Counted from the stretch's first letter, positions 49,310-63,004 are shown. The stretch: DNA of 64,000 nucleotides from Gekko japonicus (GCF_001447785.1 NW_015171513.1:507853-571852), one strand, 5' to 3'. The notes: generated by a model from the letters alone, not told the origin. Made by a program: numbers and translations.

Positions 49310-49920
49310 CAGGCTATTATACCCTGCCTTTTTCCACAATGGGACCCAAAGCAGCTTACATCATTCTCCTAGCCTCCTTTTTTTGTCCTCACAATGTGAC
49401 AAAGGTTAGGCTGAGAATACGTTACTGCTCCAAGGTTACCAGGTGAATTTCCAGGGGGAGACTGGTGATTCAAACCTGGGTCTCCCAGAATCTAGTTTGA
49501 AATGCTAACCTACACCACACTGGCTTTTGTGGTATGGCTGCTGTTGAAAGTTTGCAAGCAACCAGTTCTGGCCGAATCATGGAAATCATGTTGTAGCACG
49601 TTCCTCAATTAATTCTCCCTTACAGACAAAAACAGCCCTGGAAATGGTCCTGCCTCTTCCCCTACCTTTTACTGACAGATACCAAATCATGAAGGCTGAG
49701 ATTACTGTTGTGGTTGCCTAGTAACAGCCACTGAGACATTTGTCTCTTAAAGCTATAGGTGCTGCTTTAATTTGGGGGGGGGGGTTAGATTTCAGAGTTT
49801 TCTGCAAACCTGGGTCATTTTTCAGGTTTGTAGAAAAATCTTTCTTGTCCATGGCTTCAGTCTCTGGTTATAAGTATCCACAGATTTAGTCACATTGAGA
49901 ATTAAGTATAATAATTGTTT
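49310..49920. repeat. Composite repeat copy 2
   Basis: Colinear with 9745-10360. Confidence 0.75.
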
Positions 49921-51699
49921 CATGAAGAAGGTCTCTCCACTTCCCCCAAAGGAAACTGGTGGTTTCAAAGAGATGTGTGGCATTTGGTGGGTGTGGACAG
50001 ATTGAAGGAAAAAATACCCTAAGTTAATAGCCAAAGCCACATCTGCAGCTGCTTTTTTTTTTAATTGGAAAGCTTCATATGAAAACCCAGTTTGCAAGCT
50101 GGTGTTTCGGAATAATTTTCTTTACATTGGACTCTGGCTTTATTGCAAAAAAGCAATTAAGACCATATGTGTAACATTTCTTGATCCAAATTTCCCTGTG
50201 TCCCACATGGACTTAGGAGCCATACATGGTAACTTAAGTGCTGACTTATGAAACTAGTTATATAGAAAGCATATTTTTTTTACAATAGATATTAAGTGCT
50301 AACTTCTACAACAGATGCATTTGCCTGCTTGAGATTTTGTGCTTGAATACACAGATTTTCTTGCATTTCAGTTTTGGTCGGGTTTTGGAAACCCTGGTTG
50401 AACTTGTAGTTTTATAATGGCTGCAAAATGCCTGTTCAGAAACATATATTCTATGTATAAAAAAATAAAGCTACATGCCTCAACCAATTAAATTGCTTAC
50501 TTCAACCAATTAGGTTTCGTAACATGTTATTATATTCACTAATATGCAACAAAGGAAACTGGCTGGTAGCAGCTGCTGCAGGATTGAATTGTTAGGATGA
50601 TGTTGACTCTATGAATGTTGTAATATCTTTAAAGGATTATTAATCAGAGTCTTGTAAAGAACTGCTAGTTTAATTTATGTATAATCAACTAGTAGTGTTT
50701 TCTTGCCAGCCAAACATCCCCCAACCCATGATATTGGTTTTCATCCTCCTGCATGCATTTGAAAGGAAACTGTTGACAACACTGCTGAAATATTTTTCCC
50801 TTCACAGAAACCTCAGAAGGTTCCTTACTAATTTGAACTTCACTAGTCAGTCAGTCTCTGCTTGTGTCTTGTAATTAAGGATTATCCTTTCGGATCTTAG
50901 TAACTTGAAAACTATTCAGCCTTGACTAGAATTAAACATTCACTTTCACTACCTTGCTTGCTTGCTGAGTTTCCACAAATTGTCTGACCAATGGGTGTGG
51001 TTTAGAATGTAGTTTCCAGGTCACTGGCATGGGTGGCTGGGATTTACTGGAACAAATATGAATAAAAACTTGTGTTGATGCATATACATTCCCTAGTGAG
51101 AGTGTATGTGTGTGTGTGTGGTCCCTTTTAACTGGTTTGTGACAGTTTTAATTATTGATTCAGATGCTACATTAAACATTTATGGAAACAAAAAGTATTC
51201 AGTTATATTTATATGCAGAAAACTTAGGTAGTCTAAACCAGAAGGGAGGATAGGAGTCATATACTCCTTTTCATTGTGTCTGTATCCAGCTTAACTAAAA
51301 AATTCCTTTCCAGATGGGAATTGTCACTGGCATGATTTTTTGTTGTTATTAAATTTTGACTGGAAATAGGATTTTTAAAATTCCAAAACCTAAAAAAGCT
51401 TTTAATCTACTTTTTTCTTCTTCCATAGCATAATATTTGTAATTACAATTATATAAAAGAAGAAGAGCAAAGAGAAAGAAGATATTTCAAACATATTCCA
51501 ATTATCCATAGACTATATATATGAAAACAGAAAGAGAAATCCATGGTTGTGATAAGTCAAAATTGATTCTTAACCTAGCTTCAAATGATATTACTTAAAT
51601 GGTGATTTTATAACACTTACTTAATATTTATTTATTTATATATTCAATTTATACCCCTCCCTCCCCGCGAACAGGCTCAGGGCGGCACCAACTTGGCAG

Positions 51700-51882
51700 G
51701 GAACATTCTTTTGCTTTTTACTTTTTAAGTAATTTAAATATTTTTTCCAACTTTTCATATTTTTCTGCACACCTGGGGATTGCCCCAAGTGTGCAGGAAA
51801 ATCTCCCTGCCCCCCAGGTGCCCTCGATGTGCGGATTTAGATATCCGCACGCAGGGGGCAACTTGGGAATGAGATATATAGA
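51700..51882 (-). mobile_element. Helitron-like 5' end fragment
   Basis: Matches 22240-22426, including its hairpins. Confidence 0.7.
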
Positions 51883-52674
51883 TATAGTAATTAGTTTCTT
51901 GTGATCAGAATGCATCCAGCAAAGCATTCCAGCTATTTCTTTTGTTCCAGATTTAACTACATGTGCATGGAAGCAATTGAAAAGTGAGGACAATATAAAC
52001 TAATAAGTGCATATTTTTGTGAGAAGTGTTGTAAAACCTCTGAAAGGAAAACTTTTGGCAGTGCCAAAATGTTCACAAAAATGTGATCCTTTTTGGGGGG
52101 GAGGGGGGTCATGCTGTCTTGAATCATTTTACTTGACACTGTTGACGTTGAAGAATATCTAGAGCTAATCTTTCTCATTGACTAGACTTATACCCAAAGG
52201 CAATAAAGAGAAAGGACCATATGATGCCTCTAGTGAAGAAAGATATGATACTGCCTATATTTTGAGCTGCTTTTGTCCTGCCTCTTACACTTTTTCCCCT
52301 ACAGTGCTGTTACAGATGCTAGAAGAATTAATGTTCTAATATGGGACAGGAAAAGAATGAAAGGTATTGCTTGTTTAAGTTTTCAGTCTTGACTGATCTA
52401 GTCATTTAATTAACTTTGTTCCCTTTTATACTTTTGCAATGAGAGTGCTGGATAAGGATGGGCACAGACTGGGAAAAAGTGGTTCATTTTTGTTTGTGGT
52501 TCATGGTGTGCCCGGTTCATCAGCCACAAACCATCACAAGACCTAAATGAACCAGTTCGGTTCATGAGGTTTGTGATGCGGTAGAATGCTCCCCACCCCA
52601 GCATGCTAGAAACACCAAACTCACAGGAGATCTCTGGCTGATTCTCCTCTACCTGCCATCTGAGTTTGGTGAAG

Positions 52675-53205
52675 ATTTATTTATTTATTATTTGATTTGT
52701 ATCCCACCCTCCCCGCAAGTGGGTTCAGGGCGGGTCACAGCACTTAAAATGCAACATAATAATAAAATATAGTTCATACAGAGTTAAAACTTTTACAATC
52801 AACAGACAGCCAAAAACTTGATTTCTGTCATCCACAAATGCCTCCCACAAGTGCAGGGCATATGATGACTAAAACAAGGACCCATTCAATGGATGTCATA
52901 GTGATCTGGAAAAAAGGGCAGTTCACCTAGGCAGGGGAGGCCAAAGTCTTTAGGTGTCCACTGCCTCAACCAAAGGTCTAGCAGAACAGCTCCATTTTAC
53001 AGGCTCTGTGGAATTTCATTGAATCCCACAGGGCCCTGATTTCAATTGGGAGCATGTTTCACCAGGCCAGGGCCAGGGCAGAAAACACCCTGGTCCTGGC
53101 TGAGACTAAGCAGGCATCTTTCAGGCTGGGAACTAGCAGCAGATGTTGCTCAGCAGAGCACAAAGCTCTTAAGGGCACATAGGGGGAATATACGGGGTCC
53201 GAGTT
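52675..53205 (-). mobile_element. L2 3' end
   Basis: LLLVPSLKDACLVSARTRVFSALA and tail. Confidence 0.75.
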
Positions 53206-53669
53206 ATGCTTCCCAAAGAAGGTGTCCCCAGACTTTGTTTCTATTGGGGGGGGGCAGTAAAAAAACCCCAAGGGCAATTGAAGAACAGAATCAAAGTCCC
53301 AGAGAATCTCTGCAGTAGAAACTGAAGGTGGCGGGGAAGCATTTTTGCAAGCTGAGCCAGAACCAGTACTATGTACAGAGTGCCCAGCAGAACCCAGTGC
53401 CACTGGCATTACAAACTTAAAAGGACTGATGTCAAGCACAGAGTCACACATCCAAGGAAGGGGTGTATGTGGAATTTTGCATGCTCTGTGCAAGAAAATA
53501 GGAAGGGAACATAAAGGAACACTGGCAAGGGGGAGAACCCTCTTGAAACTGATGTGACTACTTTGAAACTTTCCATGGTTGGAGAATTCTGCCCCCCTTT
53601 CACTTGGAAATTTGGTAAACATTTTGTTGGAGCAGAGACAGTCTGTCTGGAAATATATCTATTCACAAA

Positions 53670-53946
53670 GGAGGAGGAGGAGGAGGAGATTGGATTTATA
53701 CCCCGCCTTTCACTTGGTGTCTCAGAGTGGCTTACAAACTCCTTTCTCTTCTCCTCCCCACAACAGACACCCTGTGAGGCAGGTGGGGCTGAGAGAGCTC
53801 TGACAGAAACTGCTCTTTCAAGAACAGCCTGACAGAACTATGACTTGCCCAAGGTCATCCAGCAGCTGCAAGTGGAGGAGTGGGGAATCAAACCCAGTTC
53901 TCCCAGATTAGAGTCCCTGCACACTTAACCACTACACCAAACTGGC
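53670..53946 (-). mobile_element. Squam3-type SINE
   Basis: Family match, (CTC)n tail. Confidence 0.9.
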
Positions 53947-55014
53947 ATTAACCTCCACAAATAGCTTGAAAGTTTGTGGAAAGTTTGTGCTGGTTGATTT
54001 GCCACAAACTTCAGTTCACAAACCATGAAATGGCCAAAATTCATCATCAAGAATTTTAGTTTGTGAGCCAGTTTGTGCTCTTTCTGTAGTACTGGAAATG
54101 GCCTTAGTTCCTGCATAGATTTCTTCTAGAGTAAAAATTCTAACTGCTGCTAGTTCGGAGACAGTCATCCCTCACTCTCGCTGGACACCTCTATTTTAGC
54201 TAACTATGGGATTTTGTATAAAAGAAAGTTAGCTATTCTCAAGCATCATATCCTTTTGCTTCATGTCTCACAGAGAACACTCTTGCCATCTCACCAGAGA
54301 CTGGGTGCGTATGGCATCATAATGTTGTTTATGATATAGTGGTTGATAAACCTCTTCAGATCCATTATTTGCTGATTTGATATATGTTATGGTTGGGTTG
54401 TAGGAATCTGGTTTTCCCTTATCCTGATAAAATCTCATTCTCTTTATGCATTCAGCACTCTGACTAGTGTTGCTTCTTTGGCAAGTTCACTAGCCAAGGA
54501 AGCTGTTAAAATTTATGTAGCACAGTCTTTTCCATGTGTAAATGGTCAGGAAAATAAACATCCTTATACAGTGTCTTAGACTTCCTGTCCTATCTTGATA
54601 GAAATAGTACTGCCAAACTAAATAAATAAAATGCAGAATCATATGGTCCTGAGTTTAGAAACTGATCTGTTTCAAGGGGAAATGGTATTTTAGTGAACAG
54701 TCACACAGAGAATTAATTCCTGTGAGATTTGCCCTGATAATTATGACTTATCTTTTAAAAAAATATTTTCTTTTTCCTTTTTTAGCTGCTTGTAAAGAGG
54801 TACTAAATAAAATCCTGGTCAACAAATTATAATAAAAATGTAAATAAAAACAAACTGTGTCCTGCTAATCATATTGTCATATTGATTTATGCTTAGATTC
54901 TATGTGTGCATGAGCATGTGAATGTGTATAAAAACAAACTTGTTGTGCAACAAGTTCCATGTGACGTACTGTCTATGAAATCAAAGATAAATATTCACAT
55001 CCATATGTAGATAA

Positions 55015-55695
55015 GCAGGGTACCTGTAAGGACTTGCAGGGGTACATCATTTTCTCCTCCCTCAGTATTTCCTCTCTTTCCTCCTGAAAGCCCCCATAGC
55101 CTCTCTGCTTTTCCTGCTTCCTTCTCTCCTTCCCAGCCACCAGCCAACCTACCTTTATCTGTCCTCATCTTCAGCTTTCCCTGCTTCCCTCCCCCTATAG
55201 CCTCTATTTAGGAATATTATAGTCCAGTTGTGTGGTGCTGGCCACCAGGCCAGGCCCACTTGGATGGTGATAAACCTGTAAGGACTTGCAGTGGCACCTC
55301 ATTTTTCCCTGTATCCCCTTTCCCACAGTATTTCCTCTCTCCTTTTTCATGGCTACCCCCATATTTACCTGCTTGCTTATCTCCTTCCCACTCTCCCAAA
55401 GACAACCAGTCTTTGATCTGCTACCCATCTTCAGCTGTATTTATTATGTACTTCATTTATACCCCACTTTTCTCTACAGTGAGGAACCAAAACAGCTTAC
55501 ATCATTCTCTTTCCATTCTTTCATCACAGCAACCATATAAGTTATACTAAGAATGTGTTAACCAAAGTTACCAAGTGACGTTCCACATCAGAGTGTAATT
55601 TGAACCTGGATCTCCTAGATCCTAGTTTGAAAATCTAGCCATTACACCACACTGGCCATCATGGGGTGTCTGCTGTTGAAGAGTAGTAAGCAAAT
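55015..55695. repeat. Composite repeat copy 3
   Basis: Colinear with 9050-9965; internal dimer starts at 55022 and 55274. Confidence 0.75.
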
Positions 55696-56493
55696 GAAAA
55701 ACGGAAAAGACAATTTAGCGCTTAATAATATATTCATAAATCATAATATACAATAACAGAAATTGAGTAATATAAATAGTGAATGTAGTAGACGGTGGTC
55801 TCCGGAATGATGTGCCGTTTCGACAATGATCTTCTGAACAAGGAGGTGTACCTTATCAAATACAACAATACAAATCTCATTTAAAAACTATATCTAACAG
55901 TGTATAAATATATAATGTAGATAAGAATAAAAATAGTATGAAACCTTACATAAACTGTCCTTCAACAATTCATTTCTCTTGGTGAGGTATTGACAATATA
56001 CTGTTGATTCTAAAAAGTACAACAACTGTTACAGTACACTTTCATTATTATTCATTAATACTCCACATACATGATTGTTAATATTAAAGTATATAATAAA
56101 GACACTCAACACTTCATCATAAAGCTATGCTTACAGCTATGTTCTTCAATGGGCTATGGTTGCTGAATGCCTTAGCAAGTGGATTCTATGCTTAATTAAT
56201 CATATGAAGTACATATCGTAATTTATTACGCCATTATAAATACAAGGTTTAATTTTAGGTGAAAGCAAAATACAGCTGCTCCTACACCACATTCATCTTA
56301 CCAGTTTAACGTCGTCTTGTGCAGTATAAAAAGGGAGTGGCTGAGACAACATTTTGTAATTTCAACTCTATTATTTCAGGGTAGAACATGACTGGGCATG
56401 TTGAAATAAAACTTACACTATTTTGGGTCTGAGATAAATGTATTGTCTATCAGCATGGAATCATTATTAGTCTGGACTCAAACTTTGTTTTGT

Positions 56494-56732
56494 TAAGAAC
56501 ATAAGAGAAGCCAATGTTGGGTCTGGCCAACGGCCCATCCAGTCCAACACTCTGTCACACAGTGGCCAAAAATACCAGATGATATCAGGAGGTCCAGTAG
56601 TGGGGCCAGGACACTAGGAGAATCACACTATTGACCCCCCCCCCAAGCACCAAAAATACAGAGCATAACTTGCCCCAGACTGAGAGTTCCTATCTTTACC
56701 TTGTGGCTAATAGCCACTGATAGACCTCTGGT
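56494..56732 (-). mobile_element. CR1-type 3' end
   Basis: taagaacataag tail and CR1 3'UTR-like sequence. Confidence 0.7.
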
Positions 56733-56812
56733 CTAGGTGTATGCAAAGGAAACATTTAGGTATTATTCAGATTCAGGATTCTCTGATCTGAATATATTCG
56801 GTATATCCCAAT

Positions 56813-57018
56813 CAGTGTTCCCTCTAAGCTGAGTTAGTTTGAGCCAGCTCACACGTTTTTAGCCTCCAGCTCACACATTTTTGCCTTAGCTCAGGAAGGA
56901 TGGCTCTAGAGTAAACTAATTTATGCAGTAGCCAAATCACTCATTCACAACTTTAATGCCAGTAGCTCACAAAGTAGAATTTTTGCTCACAAGACTCCAC
57001 AGCTTAGAGGGAGCATTG
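56813..57018. mobile_element. hAT MITE, 206 bp, 8-bp TSD
   Basis: TIRs cagtgttccctctaagctg / cagcttagagggagcattg; ATCCCAAT on both sides. Confidence 0.92.
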
Positions 57019-57227
57019 ATCCCAATATTCCTGAATATCAAGATTGGTATGGATACCCTATTTGGGAAATATCTGAGATTCCTGAATCTATTCAGCTCCA
57101 TTATACCCTATGGAGCCATTGTAGTCAATGGCAAATCTCTCCTAGGGTATATTCAGGGGCATGGGGGGAAGGGGTTTGAGGTAGAGGCACCAAATTTGCA
57201 GTGTAGCTACTGGAGCTGTCCCCAAAA

Positions 57228-58140
57228 GAACAGCAATAAAAAACTACTCCCAGCCACTGGGATATCACAACTCTCCACTTATACTCATCAGGACTGGTTC
57301 GAACCTGGTAAAATCATAAACGCCTACTCGGGCTGGAAAATGGCCAACTTGAGCCACCCCTATGATTTAGTCACCAATGGCAAAATGCTAGATAAAATAG
57401 ACTTCGATCACAAAATAAACCAGCAACTTCATTGGCACGACTATCTCCACCTTAGAGCTCTCATTAAACGCTCAACAGGTAAGGAACGTTTTGGAGAGAA
57501 TTTAACAATCTAGAAAAAATATTATATCTTATCCCAAATCCCCAAAAGGTCTACTATCTAAACTCTACAAAGTAGTAGTCATCGCGGACACCTCCACAAA
57601 CATGAGACACCAAATAAAGTGGGAGGAAGAGCTAGACGTGCACTGGCAAGAGATAGACTGGGAAATCATCTGGAACTCTCTAGCGAATAGCTCAACAATA
57701 TACAACATAAAATCCCAGTTTTTCAAAACTGTCTCGAGATGGTACTTAACCCCCCAGAAATACACAAATTTAGCAGAACTAGTAGCCCCATATGCTGGAA
57801 AGGTTGCGGACAACTAGGGACTTACCTGCACTGCTGGTGGACCTGCCCCAAGATCCAACAGTTTTAGACAGATGTAAAACTACAGATGGAGAACATCATA
57901 GCTCAAAATATCCCTCTCACGCCAGAATCCTTCCTGATGAACCACTGGGACGACTCCATCCAGGACCAAAAATGGGATCTTCTCTCAACTCTTCTGGCAG
58001 TAGCTCGCTTATCCATTGCCACTAGCTGGAAATCCCCAACATCACCTTCCATAACAACCTGGCAGGACAAGCTGTGGGAACATCTTGTTATGGCAAAAAT
58101 TTCTAATTCACTCAAGATAAAAAAATAATAAATGAGACAG
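57228..58140 (+). mobile_element. Second L1-clade family, ORF2 C-terminal remnant
   Basis: FFKTVSRWYLTP, CWKGCGQLGTYLHCWWTCP, ARLSIATSWK; frameshifts and stops. Confidence 0.85.
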
Positions 58141-58673
58141 CTGTCCAGCACAGTTACACTGACAGTGACATTGCGAGTACAGATGACCTATATATCACAG
58201 GAGAAATGTGTGGAAATTTGCTTGTTGAGTGGCTAGTCATATGGGAGGAAACAGTTTTAAAAGACACCAAATTTTTATCACTCACAAAATTATACCACAC
58301 TTAGAGTAGTACAAGATAACTGGTCAACAAGGTGGAAGAAAACTTTTCTTTATGTTTTTACTCCTGTTGTGTAATTGCAATATTCTACCAAAATTGGATT
58401 AGCAATAATTATTTTAGTCACATTCTTATATATTCATAAACTTAGTGTTTGATTTGCTTATATGTCCCATTCTCCCACAGTTTACTTGAATTTTCAGCCA
58501 ACTTTGTCAGGTGTGTTTTAAAAAAAATGTACAGAAAAAAGGAACTTGTGTTTTTTCATTGGTATGCTGATTACATGTAGACCTTCACTTTCTTTTCATC
58601 TTACCTGGAGAGTGTTTTTCCTCTGGTTTTCATTACATGCTTTGGAAGAGATAGGGAATTGGCTACAGAGTAT

Positions 58674-59205
58674 GGCCGCGGTCACACGTAACAGAAGCCA
58701 CACAAGGGAGACGGAAAACAGACGGAGTTTCCGGGCGCGATCTCACCAGCACATCTGGGAAGCGTAGCACTCCCGTGGCTCAACCGAGGCTTCCAGCCGA
58801 AACTGCGTGGCAAAAAACTAGTACCTTGGAGGTACTAGTTTCCTGAAACTCCGGGGCAAGGGCGGGCGTCTGATCGCGTTTCCGGTGGCATCCGGCGCCC
58901 GCCCATGTCCCCTTGCAAATAAGGTGTTTTTTTTTTGTCCAAGTCTCTGTGGATGCGCATGCGCACCCACCGAAGCATGCGCATTCGTCATGTACACAAA
59001 AATAAAAAACAGTTTGCCGCGGCGCGCGCTTCTTCGTTGCGCGCCGGCTTGTCCTGTGATCGGCACCTCTCCCTTGCCATGGAACCTCCACGGTACCTCC
59101 ACAGAACCTCCACAGGAGGTCTGATCACGTAACTGCGCAGTAGTTTGCCCCAGGGCAAACAGCCATGCTTCTCCTCTGCAGTTTCCTCCCCGTGTGGCAG
59201 GGGCC
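58674..59205. mobile_element. PIF/Harbinger-like MITE, CpG-rich
   Basis: Imperfect TIRs ggccgcggtcacacg / cgtgtggcaggggcc; 3-bp TSD TAT. Confidence 0.65.
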
Positions 59206-60599
59206 TATGTTGACTTATGTGTAACTGGTAGAAATCTAAAGGAAATAACACCACTATCTTGAAAGTAAGCCTGGCATATGGTACATTTTATTTTATTTAT
59301 TGCCCCATGTTCACATAGCTCAGGCTAGTATACATGGTTTCGTCAATCTTCTTGTATGGTAGAGAAAGATATGGTGATGAATTCACTATGTTGCTTTTTC
59401 TTGTTGACCTGGCCAGTGCTTACCAAAGTTATAAATGATCTTCATTTCTATACAGTCCCCTGTAATAAAAAATATTCTTAAAAAAAGTTGTAAATTAAAC
59501 ATAATTCTCTGTTTTATGAGTGTTACAATTGTAATTTGCTTCTATTAATTCTTGGCAGATTAAACAATTCTCTATGTGTAACTACTCTCAGTCTGGTTTA
59601 TTTTATTTTTAAACTTATTCTAGAAAAATGGGGAAGTGTAACTATTGTATATAACAAATTCTTTCCTTTTGTGAATTTTGTACTTTGCTTTTGCCACACA
59701 TCTGTGTAAAATATTTAACACATAAAATGTAGAAAAACATTTACAGTAGGCTGCTATTAGACAGAATTCTGGAAGTATATTCTGGAATGTGTGAAGGGGG
59801 TTCTTTCCTGGTTTGACAATAGGTTTTTAAAGGGTTTTGTATTTTTTTGGTCATTCACACTGTAACATCTCTTCAGATGACTTTTCAAGGATGTCTTTGT
59901 GCTTCTAATCAGTGCATCAGTACAATTGTCTATTCTAGTAACAGATCTCCAGAGCCTCAGGCAGAGAAAGCACTTTCTGTCAGGAATTTCATTGTTTAGG
60001 AATTTCCTCATATGAATGAATATTTTCTACTCTTATCCCCATTTATTTTGGTCTTCCTTGTGTCACATTTTAGACTGTAAGCTCCTTGAGGAAGGGACTT
60101 ACTTTATTCTGATCTGTAAAGCCCCATGTATATTGATTGTGCTATATAAATTAAATGATGGCAGTCTGGATACTGAAAGCTTTTTGCACTGTATTTAATA
60201 AAAATGATGGTACATGTAATCTCTCTTTGATTTTGCTTCAGGGTACTTGGGACAAATCCAGGCAGCTGGTACTAAGAGGAAGTACTGTATGATTGCTTTG
60301 AGTTTCCAGACATGACTTATTTCCAAGGATAGGTTTTATTACTTAGTTATTTTAACTGCTAGGATTTCCCCCTATTCAGTGAGAGATGTATTGGAACTTC
60401 TATTATAATAAGGGCTTTAAGTGATACATTTTCCATCTAAATTATGTCTCCTCTCTTGTAACCTGTTGTTTTATGTTATATATATATGTTATGTACAAGT
60501 TGAAACTATTTTCTCAGGAGTTTGTTTGGGACTGTATATATAGCAAGGGGAGTTATAGTTAGCCAAAATGTTGAAGAGCTCAGGATCTAGAACCAAAAA

Positions 60600-60872
60600 G
60601 AAGAAGAGATTGGATTTATACCCTGCCCTTCACTACCTGAAGGAGTCTCAGAGTGGCTTACAATCGCCTTTCCCTCCTCACAACAGATACCCTGTGAGGT
60701 AGGTGGGGCTGAGAGAGCTCTTTTGAGAACTGCTTGTAAGAGAACAGCTCTGAATGAACTTGTAACTGACCCAAGGTTGACACCAGCAGCTGCATGTAGA
60801 GGAATGGGGAATCAAACCCGGTTCTCCCAGGTTAGAGTCTGCTCTCTTAACCACTACACCAAACTGGCTCTC
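60600..60872 (-). mobile_element. Squam3-type SINE
   Basis: Family match. Confidence 0.9.
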
Positions 60873-60917
60873 TAGGGTACCTTACTCAAGACAATCCATA
60901 CAGTTGTTCAGCCAACA

Positions 60918-61236
60918 GAAGGAGGAGGAGATTGGATTTATACCCTGCCCTTCACTTGAAGACTCAGAGCAGCTTAAAGTCTCCTTCCTCTCTCCACAAC
61001 AGACACCCTGTGAGGTAGGTGGGGCTGAGAGAGCTCTGACTAAGAACTGCTCTGGAGAGAACAGCTCTGAGAGATCTGTGGCTTACTCAAGGTCACCTGG
61101 CAGCTGTATGTGGAGAAGTGGGGAATCAAACTGGGAGACCCTCCCAGACTAGAGTAACCACTACACCAAACCACTACACCAAACCTAACCACTAAACCTA
61201 ACCACCAAACCTAACCACTACACCAAACTGGCTCTC
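60918..61236 (-). mobile_element. Squam3-type SINE with a reiterated head
   Basis: Family match plus repeats at 61156-61228. Confidence 0.88.
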
Positions 61237-61743
61237 AACTTTGAATCTACCTAACATTTTCTACAAAGCTATGATAACATTTGTCAAATGCTTTGCTGAA
61301 ATCTGGATATGCCGACAGCACACCCACGGTCTACCATTCTTCATTAAAAAATGGAATAAATTTAGTCTAGCAGGATTTATTTGTGATGTTGTGTGTTGGC
61401 TGATAGTAATCAAAGCATTTTTCCCCTAGATGCTAATAGATCACTTACATAGCAAGCCTTCTCTAGAATGTTACCAAGAATTAAAGCTGATCAGTCTGTA
61501 GTTTCCTACCTTTTTCCTCTGTTTTGAAGATCAGGAAAACTTTTGCTGGTCTTCAGTGTTCTAACAACTCGTTCTTCAAGAATTCCCAAAGAATGGTGTC
61601 AGATGCTGCATTCTTTACATATAATACTATTCTACTGCCTTTTCTGTTGGTGTGTTTCTTTTGAACAGTTCCTCTGTTTGTGTCATCCCACCAAGTCTTT
61701 GTGATAGTTACCTTCTGGTATTGGTTTTCCTGTTTATTCTATA

Positions 61744-62605
61744 CTAGGAAAAAGGCCCATTGTGGAAATAAATACGACGACCTCTAGAAAGAGGCTGTGG
61801 GCGGGTGCCCTGGCCTTGGACACTCAGTGTCAATTTGCTGGGGCGACCTCAGCAGGGTATAATGACACTGAGTCCACCATTTTCTCCAGAGGAACTGATC
61901 TCTGCTACCTAAAGAACAGTTGTAATTTTGAGTGAGCTCCAGCCCTCACCTGGAGATTGGCAATGATGGTTTAAAGGTTGGTTTGGAGGGTGGAGTCTAT
62001 GGCTTTGTACCTGTCCGAGGTCCCATGCCTCCTGAAACCTCACCCTCTCCAGGCTCCATCCCTCACATCTCCAGGAATTTCCCACCTGGAATTGGCAACC
62101 CTATCTCCTTCCCAGCCAATCATCAACCTACCTTTATTTTCCCCTCTTCAGCTTTCCACCCCCCACACACCTGCAGCCTCTCCCATGCTCTGAAGCCCTG
62201 ACTGCTGCGTCACATTGGCTGTCATATGGGGGCCACCTCAGCAGCATATAAGGATACAGAGCCCACCTTCTCCAGGGGAACTGATCTATGCCATCTGGAA
62301 AGCAGTTGTAATTCTGAGTGATCTCCAGCACTCACCTGGAGATTGGACCCATTTTACCTCAGAACAGCAAACTGTTTAGAATGTTAGAGGCAAAAGCCAA
62401 TCAAGTTGCATATGCAAACGACCTCTGTGTTCCTGAGACAAAGGCCAATGAGGCTGCATAGCAAATGACCTCTGTGTTCTGACTGGCTATGGGGGGGAGG
62501 GGAACAGCAAACTGTTTAGAATGTTGGAGGGTTGTTTTTCTCATCTGTGACATACATTGCTCGTTGTATGTAACAGTTAAAATACACACTGAATTAGTAT
62601 ATAGG
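61744..62605 (-). mobile_element. Non-autonomous Helitron-like composite element
   Basis: The minus-strand 3' end is a decayed hairpin then tttttcCTAG|T; the 5' end is a|cctatatactaat; internal duplicated modules. Confidence 0.55.
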
Positions 62606-62728
62606 TATTGGAGTCCATTGGAACTGTACACTATCAGTTCTCCCATCACATTTTTTTCTGAAAATTGATGGACATTTCTTCACCACCCTGCTTTGTCTTT
62701 TGTCTTTTGTCACACGTGCTCGTTTTCC

Positions 62729-63004
62729 TAGTTCGGTGTACTGGTTAAGTGCGTGGACTCTAATCTGGGAGAACCGGGTTTGATTCCCCACTCCTCCACT
62801 TGCAGCTGCTGGATGATCTTGGGCAAGCCATAGTTCTGTCAGAGCTGTTCTCTCAAGGCCAGTTCTGTCAAGAGCTCTCTCAGCCCCACATACCTCACAG
62901 GGTATCTGTTGTGGGGAGGGGAAGGGAAAGGAGTTTGTAAGCCGCTCTGAGACACCAAGTGAAAGGCGGGGTATAAATCCAATCTCCTCCTCCTCCTCCT
63001 TCTC
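62729..63004 (+). mobile_element. Squam3-type SINE
   Basis: Family match, (CTC)n tail. Confidence 0.9.

Noticed and set aside
52305-52363. Candidate exon (polypyrimidine-cag ... AAG|gtattg; AVTDARRINVLIWDRKRMK)
   Set aside because: No recognisable protein and no supportable partner exon; RNA-seq would be needed.
56956-57513. 185-aa ORF
   Set aside because: A chance read-through across two MITEs into an L1 remnant.
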